Assembly: GCA_003344405.1 (NCBI GenBank)
Contig: NOWV01000014.1
Span: 806,001 to 870,000 of the forward strand
DNA from: Trichoplax sp. H2
Taxonomy: Eukaryota
Reading direction: 5' to 3'
DNA: 64,000 nt
Position 1 is the stretch's first letter; each line of letters begins with the position of its first letter. Shown piece after piece: positions 39,601 to 52,777 of the stretch. Made by a program: the position numbers and the translations under genes. The notes beneath the pieces were generated by a model. That model saw only the letters and a program-made list of their open reading frames with translations, searched no databases and was not told the DNA's origin.

Positions 39601-42600
39601 CGAATAATTGTATTTAAAATTAATGTCAATGCAACCCTACTTCATGAAGAAGTCATCATTTCCGTGGGAGTGAAATATGAAACTTACTGGTCTGACATTG
39701 AGTTCCTTGATATGGATGTAGGCATTTGCAGCTGTAACTATTACCTACTGGCTGACAAATTCCCCCATTCATACACGGGTTCAGGCCGCAGGGTTGAACT
39801 AATTAAGTTGAATAATTATAAATAAAACGTGTAATAAGTAATGCATAAACTTAACGACTTAAATTTATAGGGAAAAATTGCTTTCTAGGGGCGTTGGAAC
39901 CATATCATCGTTTTAAGCATTTTATAAAAAAATCCACCAAATTGCTAATTAATACCATATTTACTGTCCATAAAATATAAGTTCTAACAATGTTTGATAA
40001 TTATTGGCATCTTACTGCAGCCTTTAAGCACACAAAACCTTAATTATAAAGTATCATACTTATGCAGTCGTATTTAACCTCTACTTTATTACAGAATAAC
40101 TCTGTCGTGATATGCTAATCGGCTACTATACACAATTTAGCATTTGCTATTTATGGTAATCAATTTCTAGCATTAATCTCTACGACTTTTACGGTACTGC
40201 CGATATTAGCAAATTTGTATGTTATTCTGTATTACTTATTTGATAACCGATTTCACTACAATGGTAATCGGTTCGAAAAATAGAATCGATATGATTGCAG
40301 TTTCAGCAGTGACTACAAAGGTTGTCGGTATTAAGTCTATAGGGAGACAAAATCTGCAGGAAAGTTCTAGCTCTTGTACCCGGATGAAATTACTTTAGGG
40401 TGCTTTTATATTATAGCTTAGCAAACAAAGTATTTTGTTTTGAGGAAGAAGCCTAGTACGCACGGTAATACAACATTTCTACTCCTAAGGTTATCGTTGC
40501 TAGCAACGGATTTATTAGTTCTTATTTTAAAGTAGAGGAGTATGATGGATACTGTAGTGAAACTATAACCGGCTATTGGATATACTCGTATGTAGAATCC
40601 ATTACAATTCTTTGGCTCTTTCTAATTGAGATACCAAGTCTACTATTTACTGGTTTAGTGACTTTAGTTTTATTCAGAAAATGATGTTTTATCGTGGTAC
40701 TCACAAGTGCTGCAATTTTGGCCACCATAACTGTTAGGACATGTACAAGTGTAGCTACCACCAGCTTTATCTATACAAGTGCCACCATTCATACAAGGAT
40801 CATTTGCACAGGCAAGCACTTTAACATGAAACGAGATAAAAATTTCATTATTCTAGGTCATTAATACTATAAGAATGCTACCATCACAGTCTATCTTTAT
40901 TCAATGGCTGTTAGAATATAGAAGATCTATAATAACTTGTAGACATACTTGTTGCACAATTGCTACCCGTATAAGGAAAAGGGCATGCACAAGCATAGGT
41001 GGAACCATTCCCTTGGTTGGTACAGTTGCCACCATTCATACAAGGATTAGTAGAGCATGCTAAAGCTAAATGTAAGAAAATAAATTCTACAATAAGTTCT
41101 GCTTAAGGAAATTGTTTTGTTTTAAAATCAATCTTTGAGCGTGAGTAAAAGAAGATGTGGCTTTAGTTCGATCAGTTTAATTCAATTTTATTAAATGATT
41201 GATTTAGATGCCTTATCGTTTATGATAGCTTATATTTATGCCTGCATAATTAAACTTACTTATTTCACATCTTTGGCCAGAAAAAGGGTGTGAACAGTTA
41301 CAACTATAGGCTTTACCGTTGTATGTAGTCATACATCTTCCACCATTTTGACAAGGGTTTGGAGAGCATGAGCTTGTACCTGAGATGAAAGAGAATAGAA
41401 GCAATTAAGCTCTAAGTTATGTTCATACGCGTTTAAGCGAATTCAGTATGAAGGTTGGTGTATGGCTATACTGAAAATACAGCGTATGAATATTTTAAGT
41501 TGATCAAGTCTTTTAAAATTAAAGTAAAAGCACTTTCATATGCAAAAAAGTAATCTTTACGGTGTCTGAATATTGATAAAATACTTATAGCCACTTTATG
41601 CATCAAAAATTCACAATTATTTCAAACACTCGTATCTTTTAAGGTTTGCTTTCCAAACCATAATGGCTTAAAAATAATAAGCAACCAACATACTTGATTG
41701 ATCACAGTTTCGGCCAGAATTTGCAGAAGGACATGAACAATAATATGTTGAGTAAGAAAAGTAATTATAGCATAAGCCGTTGGTACAAGGGTTGTTACTG
41801 CATGAACCTGGACATTTCTGATCTAAAGTTAAAATATCAAGTAAATATGAATATTAAATTTATTGGGTTATTATAAGTGCTATGCTTATTCTTATTTTGT
41901 AATCACAATAATACTTCATTGCCTACTTGGTGTATTAGCGGTTGCATTATAACATTCTGGATTGTTGACACCAGGAGAACAGTAGCAGAAGTAGCTTGCT
42001 GCTCCAGAAGTAGTTAGAGAAATACATTTACCAACTTGACATGGGCTGCTGTTACATGGGCTATTTCTGCCATTGGAATCTGATACAAATATTGCAATAC
42101 AGATGTTTAGATAGCCATGTTACTCAATAATACTAATTTATGATTGTTAGCTATCGTTATCAATTTAAATTAGTATTATATTTCTGAAATAACATTTATT
42201 ACTGATGAATAAATAATTAAAAGATGCATTTGGTAAAGATATTACGCATAATCAAGCTTTATTGATAAAATTAATGGAAATTTTTCAGTTTCACTGCAGA
42301 TGTATATGCGATCTGTAACATTACGATGTCACTGTTTTATTAAACTCCGATGTTATTAAAGGGAGTTATTTTAAAGTAGTAGTTTTGTATTGTATTCGTT
42401 ACTATAAAGTGGATATTAGCATCTTGAAGAAAAGCTTTTCTTTTATTTAATAAATTAATTCACTACGTTTGATCGTTCATTTTCATTTGCTGCTAAATAC
42501 AGTAGCCCAATTTACTTCTTCTAACTACTACATTAATATAACAGATTGAAGATATTGAGGTGATTGATAGAGTAGGATTTATAATTTTTAGCCGTATACC

Positions 42601-43150
42601 TATGAACGTCTTACTAAATAAAATCACTAGTTATCATCTACCTGTTTGGCAGTTAGCGCCAGAAAAGCCATTATAGCAAATACATGTTGGGGTTCCATGG
42701 ATGTTTGCACATTTGCCTTGCAAGCAAGAGCTACCACCACATTCTTGTGAAGGACTTACTACATTAATGTTTTGAGGGAAATAACAATTAGACTTGATAA
42801 ACAGCTTACAATAATCAAAATTATTTCCATGTAGATGTTCACTTCAAAGGTGTAAGAAATACATCGAAAGTATTAAGCAATTGGTAGTAATACAATATAA
42901 ATTATACTATGCCAGTGTTGCAAAATAGAAAGGTTACAACTTCACGAATCAACTCCCTCTACTTCAAATTTAATTTGACAGTTTAATGCATGACATTGTA
43001 GGTATACTGTTTACTTAATTAGACGCTTATCATACTAAATATTTCGAGCTAGGTTTACAAGTAGGGATTAATTAAGCATTGCCATAAATGTATTGATACT
43101 CATCAAATGCTTCGAATACCTACATCTGCTGTTTTATTAATTTTATATTG
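21685..43150 (-). CDS. Gene C: type I membrane receptor EGF7-(SRCR13/EGF16)-(Ig-EGF)5-TM-NPxY tail
   Basis: Possible exon 43120-43150 ([10 protein letters not shown]). EGF 42642-42758, ~41927, ~41694, ~41261, ~40949, ~40704, ~39708. SRCR ~39099-39426, ~37870-38214, ~36844-37173, ~36031-36349, ~35588-35921, ~34616-34946, ~33591-33920, ~32868-33192, ~32156-32470, split ~30831-31055 + 30571-30678, SRCR-EGF-SRCR 29473-30240, and ~28202-28522. Ig ~27074-27370, ~26079-26381, ~24770-25072, ~23451-23766, ~22585-22888, each followed by a two-exon EGF. TM 22083-22167 ([28 protein letters not shown]). Tail 21885-21928 and 21685-21773, ending [13 protein letters not shown]. Phases are consistent in the exons checked. 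The ATG/signal-peptide exon was not identified. Confidence 0.9.
22083..22167 (-). CDS. Gene C transmembrane exon
   Basis: 85-nt phase 1-2 exon encoding a hydrophobic run followed by the RKK stop-transfer signal. Same length and phases as the TM exons of A (57644-57728) and B (48345-48429). Confidence 0.9.
28731..28858 (-). CDS. Calcium-binding EGF exon of gene C
   Basis: [10 protein letters not shown]...[12 protein letters not shown] matches the D-x-N-E-C and C-x-D-x4-Y-x-C consensus. Not in the ORF track. Confidence 0.8.
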
Positions 43151-44075
43151 CTACCTGTTATACGTTCATAGGAACTGAAATACTACTGTATATCGTTGGC
43201 GTTAATCAGCGTCGTTCTGCATCAGTTTCATGACGCAGTTAATTGTTCATGTAGAGTGAATATGAATATTTAGTTTTTGTTAATGAATCTAATCTATTAG
43301 CCATTCTAATTGCCTTATACATACATACATACATAGTAATACAGTTGATGATTTCTATAGTCCATTTTTTGAACTGGACTTTCAGACTAGTTTAATATAC
43401 GTAGAGTCGTTCTAAGATAAATAGCTATTACGGAGTAACGCTTGCATAGCTGTAGTAATATAGTCCCAAAAGATAACTTATCCAGGAATGCTTTAATATT
43501 AATTTATCTATAACATTTCATATATTTTTGATAGATAACTGTATAGTTGTGTAATATTATCGACAAATTGATAATTTATGTTTAATAAATTGATCATAAG
43601 CTGGCTAATACTGCAATAGTTTCGGTTCAATTATGTCTAAGACAGACAAATAGTTACCGTCTCTCTTGATCTCGTGAGATCGTCTGTATTTAGAATCGCA
43701 CTATAGGTTGATGTTGGGGAGGACAAATTTGATAGTAGGCTCATAGTATTAGTTTTCTATAATAGCTTTACTTTTCCTCGACACAAATTTAAATTTGTTA
43801 CAATAGCTAAATATATATTTACCTTACGCTAATGCTTAATTCATGCAAAGGATTGTTAGCTCAGTTTACCGAATAATTGAGCTTAAACGTAGTCAATACA
43901 ACCCAGATTGTTATTGAATTACCTTTCTATTGCATTATTAACTGTCTTTGATCAAGCATTGTATATCAATGATACAAAAGCTCCCTGAATAGCGCTGTTA
44001 AGCAATTTTGAAAACTTAATCATTCTAATATCACGTGGTAAATATAGCTATTGAAATATAATTAAGTATCAATAA

Positions 44076-44222
44076 GAGACTGTCACGGAAAGGGTGTTAT
44101 CCCTGTGTTACCGTAAGTAGTATAGAACTACCATACAGTAGATCTCCAGGTGTAGTGGAGCAAGGCATAAATAATCTATTAGTTTAGTGCAATAGTTCGC
44201 AACATAAGTTTGTGACAGTCTC
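44076..44222. mobile_element. MITE-like element (147 bp) with 11-bp terminal inverted repeats
   Basis: GAGACTGTCAC (44076-44086) and GTGACAGTCTC (44212-44222). No clear direct TSD. Confidence 0.4.
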
Positions 44223-47200
44223 ACTTAGAGTTTTTACTAGTTTCATGTAGGAATGATCATGATATATTACACTAAATGGCAATTAAAATTAGTAAATAGA
44301 TTATCATTGTAGGTAAACCAGTTTAAATGACGAGTATAATATTATTCCAATGTCCTTTTCCATACAATAATCAGATTTCTTCAATCTTTTGATGTTGGTC
44401 CGAACTAAAATGTTTGTGAATCGCCTATATTGATCAAGCTGATCATTTTTCTACTCTCATAAACGTAGTATGCTTTCAATGTTAACTCATATAGTTATAT
44501 GTTCTAAGTACTTTATTAAATTACTTTTTGAATTTTTATCATATATTACTATTACCGTCCAAGTACGGTAACATTACTGTAACAGTTACTACTCTTATCA
44601 ACTTACATTTAGGTACAGAACCGACAATTAGCCTGGATGATTCACCATTCACTAGCAAAATGAGCTAAAAAATAGAAAAATTTATCTTTGAGTTGAAATG
44701 TTTAGTATTAGATTTCATCGACGACTATTATGAATCAGCAATTAATCTATGCTGCTAATCATTGATGAGTATTTATACTATTTTTAGAGCGTTATTAATA
44801 TATAAGAAGGGCAAAACACATCCGCCTGTTGAGGATGGGGATACTGTCTAAATGACGTTTAAAATATGGCTCTAGTTTGGTTACTGTAGCACAATAGTTG
44901 GAACACAAAAGGCTTAAGCGTTGTTAATCTCAATTTTCATCTTTTGCTATCATGGCAAATCTTAAAAATTGGAGTGATATATACGTATCACAGGGCTAAT
45001 GGAAAGTTACATGGCTTCCTGAAGGAATGAATAAAGTTAATATTGCCTATTCGTTCATGATGATTGGATAATTGGTCAAGTCTGCTCATTTTTTAAAAGA
45101 GTTATTTCTTCGATAGTGGTCAACTTCTATTGAGGACCTAACAGGACTAAGAAGCTTTAATGCACTATCAAACATCTAGCTTAATTTAACTTTACAGTCA
45201 CTGTTGCAATAGATAAATCTAAAAACTTAAACTAGTTGTAGAACCTGCGGCTTTGATATAGTAACGACTAAATTCACTGCATGCATTTGGCCTGATCGAC
45301 TGTATCAAAGACTAACATATCGCTACCAATTACAGGCCTAACGTAAACCTTTAAATTCGAACTTCTAATTGCATCTTAATTATACTAGCTTCTGTTTATC
45401 TAGTACATCTGTAGTGAACGAATTAACTTCATCCTAGAAGCTTTCATAGATTACAGTATTTAAGAGTAATATATCGTTTTTACATGTTAGATGAAAATTA
45501 TTAAAATAAAAATTAACAACTAATATGATAACTAAATCAGACCACATAGCGTGGACTTCAAATATATGTATTGACACAGAAAACACTTTTTAATTACAGC
45601 AAGTTTCCATAAATCAATACGTGCTATAGTTGGTATACTTGAAGACTTATAGAATGCAGCTTTCTTTCAAATGGTTACGACAGTGATCAGTGATATACAT
45701 CTGCTAGTTACAAGCTTAACAGTAATAATACTGCTAATGGTGCAACTAATGATGTAAAATATAGCTTCTAAATAACATGCTGAATCATCACCGCATTATT
45801 CACTGTTAACACTTAATATAGCGTGAGCCTTAAAATAAAGTGGAATTTAAGCATAAGTTTTTGCCTTACCGATAAAGTCAAGAATAACCTAGTTAAAGGC
45901 AACATCTTGGAGGAATTAGCGATTGAGCTTTGCTTTATTAAATGAATTTATTTAAATTTGTTATTTTATAGCTAATAGCGTCTATCCGAAGACTGCTATG
46001 TTTTTCTATACTCGTAAAATAATTAATATATGCAAATTTCATAAAAGCGACCTCGTAGTAAGGATGAGATTTATTAGCTCAACTATTACATTATTAAAGT
46101 TTTTCCGTCTTAATTAATTATCAAAGTAGTTGCAATGCGAGATAATCACTGCATTAAAGCGAATTTATATCATAACATCACTGCTAAAGAAGTACTATTC
46201 TTATTTGCTTGTATTCATAAACTTCTTGCAATTTTTGTTATAATGATGTAGGGCGTTAGCTACTTTTTATTCATGCCTAATATTTATTTAGCGCTGCATT
46301 ATCCCTTATTTGCAATGAATTTCTGTTTATTTGCCTATAAAGAAGTTTTCCATAGTAAATATGAACTTTTATCTATTATTTTGATCTTATTTATTGATTT
46401 ATCAATATCATTGTATTAAGGACATTTGTATACTACTTATTCGTTTACATCTTAGTCAGCATACGTAAACATTTTTCATGCAGTATTTGGCTACCTGTTG
46501 AAAACATTGATATGAATTATAAAATGAAGTTTAAATAGTAGTCTGTTCAATACGATACAATATCGATGCATACAAATCAAATTTACACCAGTATTAGCTC
46601 TGAATTATTCATAGTTTTAAGTTTGACAGTCGTACAGTTTACAATGCAGGTAATGCATCTAAAATACTCTAAATACCGGTTCCTTTACGCGTGAATCCCA
46701 GATTGCTTATGCAACTTAACATATATTGCAACTCATAGATGTTAATCTCCACATTTCTAACTTAACTAAATTGCAACTATTTTGTTGAAATGCGAATACA
46801 GTCCTACATAATAAACGAAAATGAATAATGTGCAAGTGCTAAATAAACTTTTATTTGTCAGTTCTTAATAAGCGAAATCTATATGTTTAGTATGTCACCT
46901 AAAATCATTTAGTTTCGTTTTATCTTATTAACGCCAACTTAAGGAGTTGCCCACTCTGTAACGTTGTCCTAGGATTTCAACCGTTTCCGATTCCTTCTTA
47001 CGAAAGACTGAACCATCTAGACTATCGAAACTAACTTATACGTCCTTATTTAGCAAAAATAAGATTGGATTGAAAACCAATCCATTCCATAACAAGATCG
47101 CGAAATATTTCTTTACGAACAATATTTAACGCGGTCATTTAATGAGTAATTTACTAATAGTTTCCACAATGAAAACCAGAAAATACATTTTCAGTGTGAT

Positions 47201-47883
47201 TTGACATTGAATATAAAATGAATGCCTTTTTTTGCGTAAAATTGCTTGGCACAAATATCGCTCAATACCGCATGTTGCATGATAGTATAAAGCTAATTTT
47301 TATCCAAATGAAGTACCGTATGGCTAGATATGAAGCGAATAGTATAACAATTGAAGGGAGCATACATAACATGTTTGTAGAGATGGTATATTTTCATTGC
47401 CTTTATTAATCGTATATTTGAAGATATTTAAGGTGCAGGAACGCTTACGACATAACAAAACTTAATTTATTCGGTAAAATTTCACGATTTATACAGCCAA
47501 TTTTACATTTCTCCATTTAATTAAGGGTTTCAATTTCAATACAACCTCATCAATTGCATTTTAATAAAACACATTCACTAGTAATAGTGATCATTAATGT
47601 TCATAGTGGCGTAGTATCTGCTATTGTTATTGTAGCAATTTTAATATACTGAACTAAGACAGATTTTTACATCAATAGCTTACATTTAATTTGCTATAAA
47701 GAGGCAAGATAAGTTTGAAGTGGTAGATTCACAAATGTAGGCTTTGCATATTAATAAGTCTCTAGATATAAAAATGTACTATCGCTAACAGTTGCGTGAA
47801 AAAGCTACCAGATCGAATTGTCATTTTATAATTCAATTTTTGAGAAGGAGATTTAAATGAGTTATGAAAATAAAATGATAATT

Positions 47884-50800
47884 TTAAAGATCTTTATCCT
47901 GCGTGCCAAAACTCGGATTTTCGTAAATACAATCATCTGCATTTTCATAGGATTGGAGCAAGTTATTCCTAATTGCAGGTTTTCTTCCTGTAAATATGAC
48001 AAATTTGGTAAATTCAGTTGTTGAATCAACGAATAGTGGCGATAGGCCTAATTTATAGAGGTTCTTAACACGAGAAAATCGTTTCTATTGAGTATAACGA
48101 CATACCAAATGCTCTAGAAAAGCCACCAAATGACAGTGTTTTATGCTGGAGTGATCTATATTTTCGTAGAAGCATTAGTTTCTTATCAAAAATTTAATCG
48201 ATTTTTTTAACATAGAATGAAATTTATATAATTCCTTAATTATCTTTTTTTGTTGAAATAAATAAAGTGAATTTACTCAGTTAAGTAAAGCAATTTCTTG
48301 CTGTAAAATGTATTTATATTGGATTTAAACCATAATACTTTTACCCTTTCCTTCTCAATATTGTATATCCCGCTACCAGGATTAGAATACCGACAGCGCA
48401 TCCAATAGCAATGCCGATGTAACTTCCAACTACGATCACAAAATTATTAAATTTGATTATCATCGGTATAATTCTGTTATTACTTGACCTTGCAGTATAT
48501 TTATTTATTTAAGTAAAATTCATAATTTAAGATCAACGAGATTTTACAGTCTTGGCGTGTAAGGTGCTATGAATACTGTACCATTCCGAGTTACTGGACT
48601 TTGACAGTTATCCCCTTCAAATCCTCCTAAGCGGCTAAAATTAAGTTAATAAATGAAAGTTGATTACTAAAAGGGAAATTAACGTTGAAATTGAATTTTG
48701 AATTAGAGCTGTCTAGAAATAATCTCAACAAGAGTTATGACTAATTATATATTTCAATTTGTTGCTAGACGTATCTTTACACTGATTAATTAGATGACAA
48801 ATTACATTTAAAATTGTTACATCCAGTAGCTACGCTGATGATTAAGAGTCAGTACAATAATCGCTATTTTTGTAAGTTTGTAACTTACTATAGATTAATA
48901 AATATATTCTCAGCAAACATCAACATTTTGAGTCTTGCTTAGAATTAAACGTTTGTAATACCTGCAACTTGGTTTATTATTGTTCATTTTGCATTGTCCG
49001 TTATTGCTGCAATATCCGTGAGAGCAAACAAAATCTGAAATAGGACAAAAGCACGAATATTTACCTAATACTTGCCTGTTTTTAAATATCAGTAGTTTTA
49101 TAAAGTATTACTGCTTTCATTTCGATAACATTTGTTTATTTTAGTTGACGTACTCATATCGAAAAGGGGCGTTTGTTGGACTTGACTATCGGTGGAATCA
49201 TGTACGCGACATGAATAGGCACCATTATTACCTATGGCTAACGGACTAAAGACGAGATATGATGTAATTTTAGATTTCGTATCGCTGACGACGTTACTGA
49301 TTTTGGTTGCATTTCCAGGTACGAAAGTAATATTATTTTTCGTCCAAGTAATAGAAGGCAGTGGGCGTCCGACAGCTTGACATTGTAATTTGGCATAGGA
49401 ACCTACCATAAAGTTAGTTATGTTTGCAGAAATAGGCAGAATCGTAATAGGGATATCTAAAGTGTGGACATGTACGAATATATATTTAGCAAAATTTAGA
49501 AAAAGACTGATCCATTATATCAATAAAATGAAAACTATAGTCACTAACGTGCTAATTCAATTTGGCAATTGTTTCCCGTGTGTAGAGGATCACAACTAGT
49601 ATATCAGAATCAATATTGTCATTAACATTATCATAGGCGCTTTACAATTTTAAATGTATATTAAATATCTACGTCCATTTAAGTTGAGTAAATATTAGCA
49701 GCTACTACATTATAACGAAATTCTAATTATAGACATTAGACTAAAGACATAAGCAAAAAAAGAAATTGTGGCTTAGAGACTGAATATGCCTATGTTTAAA
49801 AATGATGCCTACATAAAACTGATAATTACTTGAGAATAACTCTGACCTACATTATCGAATACGGAAAAGGTATTATTCCCGATTTAATGCTACGAAATTA
49901 TTTGCTATTACCTGCATATGGCTCCAGTTTCGGTTTGATGACATTCGCCATGTGAATTGCAAAATTCTGGGGAACAGGTAAACTCTATAGACATAGTGGG
50001 ACAGTTATCAATAATTACAATCGCTAGTAACAAATAAAGCGTCATTCAAGATTAACATTAGAGCCTTCATTTAGAATTCTAATAAAACTGAGCTAATAAT
50101 ACAAAGAAATTAGTTGTACTCGTATACTTTATTTCTCAAGTCTTATAAAATATTTGATAAGTCTGCAAAATAGCTAAGTTTCATCGACTTAAGTAAGTTT
50201 ATGGTATTACTCTTAATAACTTTACTGCTAATGTTGTCCGTGACTTGGCAATAGTATGCGCCCGCATCACTGAGAATAAGAGTTTGAATAACTAAGATCA
50301 TGATAGTGTCTTCATTAGAATTAACATCTCCGGGATACATGTTGATTCGATCTCCAGGTGTAACTTGTTTACCATTGTGATACCAGTTGAACTTAGGTCT
50401 TGGCCTTGCTTTAGCTTGGCATTTTAGGCCAATACGTGATCCAAGTAGAAATTTAGAGACATTTGATTGTGCCACTACTGAGCTCAGGGGAATATCTAAC
50501 AAAGATTTGGATAGTAAACAAATCAGTTAAAGTTTCAGGTGTAATTTGATTTAGGAACCTAAGAATATTGTAAACTCTAATTGAACGTGCCACCACTGTA
50601 AAAATTTAAGAAATTATGCAATGACGACATCTATTAAACTTTAAAAATCTCTTACGTGGCAGCTGAGTCTCACAGTGATTTCCAGTAAATCCAAAATTAC
50701 AGCTGCAGTATAAAATGGTTAAAGGTTTATATGTTAATACAACTTTACCATAATTCATTATTTTTGTGCGATAGAACGTTAAATCGCATTTATAAACTGC

Positions 50801-52777
50801 TATTAGTACTTTTGTAATATCGTTTTTTTGGTAATTGTTTATTATTCCTAGAGTACGAAATGGGATTTTACCTGCACTTCAGCGAATCGCTGCCAGCTAT
50901 CTTACTACATGTTCCTTGACTACTACAAAACTTGACAGAATAACCCATCCCTATTTTGTAGTATTTAAATAAGAGTTATAAATGAAATATTACTTTGCTT
51001 ATAAACATACTACAATACTTCATTCATTGTTTTGTCATTTTTCTAATATACTTACTAATAGAGATTGCGGGACTATTAATCAACGTGAATGAAACATAAT
51101 GAGCGACACATCGATATTCTCCGTTGTTAGATAACATTAAATTATTGATAATCAGAACGGATCGGGCCAGTGTACGATTCGATAGTAATGTAGGCTGAGG
51201 AATAACCATAACATTGCTGCTATTTCCAATTTCAACGCCATTTTTAGACCATTTAAGTTTTGATAACGGGCGAGATACTGCTTGACACGTCATTAAAACG
51301 GAAACACCTTATACATAGGTCGAGGTATTGCTCTGAACCAAAACTTCTTTCACAGACAATCCTTGAAAGGTTGTGATAAAACGATTACTACTTTGAAAAA
51401 GTTAATATAATTGAAATCATAACAATTACAATAATTATAATAAACAATTAAGAGAAAGAATTGTAGCTATTTCAATATACAGTAAACCAATTTATGCAAT
51501 GTAATTACAGTAAATCGAAAATAGTAGTTGTAGGTTAGCTTACCTGGTAGCGAGGTTTCGCACTGAATGCCTGTGTGATATTGATCACAAATAGATTATA
51601 TAGCACACAATAATATCTCAGCAGTAAGATCAAGTCGCCAAGAAATTGATAAATAATGTAAAGAAAATTTTCTTTCAAAGAGAACTATAAGATTTTAATA
51701 AAAATTCTGAGCAAATTTTAAATGTTTGAGAAGTGAAGTGATCTTATCCTTAATTTACCCTGATCAAAGAGCAAGATAAAAAATTACATTTATAAAGAAT
51801 TAATCGATCAAGGAATACGCGTACTATGGGCGTCCTATTGTTGCAATACTATTTTACTGGTAAGACTGTGAAACTTCAAAAATGATATAGGCTACTGCAG
51901 CAGCTTATAAAATACGTTACTGTTAGATCAGACGCAGATTTATTTGAAATTTACCTGCACTGAATTTGGCTACCATTATTAATTTTTCTACAGCTTCCAT
52001 GATAGTTACAGAATGTTGATGAGCATGCCACTCCTATAAAATATTATAATTTAAAAGCTTAAATTATACATATTATCAAAGTTATATTATTGTTGTCAAT
52101 AGAAAATTTATTAATAAACTAAAGTATTGAAAAATTAAAATTTAAGAGGTACAAGATGGATGACTTGCACATTCAGTAATTTTACTTCGTAGGACTTGCA
52201 GTAAAGCTTACTTAAAGTGATTGTTGTACTCTGTATAATTGTGCCGCCATCTTTGTAATTTCCCACGCACTTATAATTTCCATTATTAACCAGTATTAAA
52301 CCCTTTAAAATTATTACTGATTGTGCATATGTACTATTAGCAGATGAAACAGAGTTCATGATATGGACGTTACTGCCATTAATTAATGGAACACTATCTT
52401 TAGTCCAAGATAGTTTGGCGAGGGGAAGCGATGTTGCTTTGCATGTCAGAGCAGCATAGATGCCATAATAATAAGTTGTAGTATTACTTTGAACTGTAAC
52501 CGTGGTTAGAGGAATATCTATCAAGAAGTCAAAAATAGCTCAAGCTTAATATCATCATAATCTAGCAAATAAAGCTGATTTGTATCTATCAAAATTAAAT
52601 AAGTCATTCATAGTAGCAAATGCTTTATGCGTATTGATAAAGCATTCAACGAGAAAAGAAAGAAAGCTGGAATGTAAATTGAGTTTATCTAACCAACCAG
52701 ATAATAAAGATAAAATCTATATTTAATTACCGGGTAGCTTTGTTTCGCAGTTGCGTCCTGTGCTATATCGATTGCAG
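47884..52777 (-). pseudogene. Gene B: 5'-truncated (Ig-EGF)4-TM-tail paralog with splice-site and cysteine lesions
   Basis: Begins with an orphan half-EGF exon at 52731-52777. Ig ~52212-52517, ~51055-51362, 50193-50496, ~49154-49456. TM 48345-48429. Tail 48106-48155 and 47884-47987 (..SYENADDCIYENPSFGTQDKDL*). Lesions: acceptor AG>AT at 51591, donor GT>TT at 50192, EGF Cys>Tyr at 50940-50942 and Cys>Arg at 48631-48633. No stops or frameshifts were seen inside the exons. Confidence 0.7.

Noticed and set aside
21685-43150. Assigning a symbol such as DMBT1, CD163, Notch, neurotrypsin, LOXL or Tie
   Set aside because: No CUB/ZP, LNR/ankyrin, protease, lysyl-oxidase or kinase domain is present; only modules are shared.
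43317-43334. (ATAC)n microsatellite
   Set aside because: Only about four units; ordinary.
47887-47898. C-terminal DKDL as a KDEL-type ER retention signal
   Set aside because: The tail is predicted to be cytosolic (after the TM), whereas KDEL acts in the lumen.
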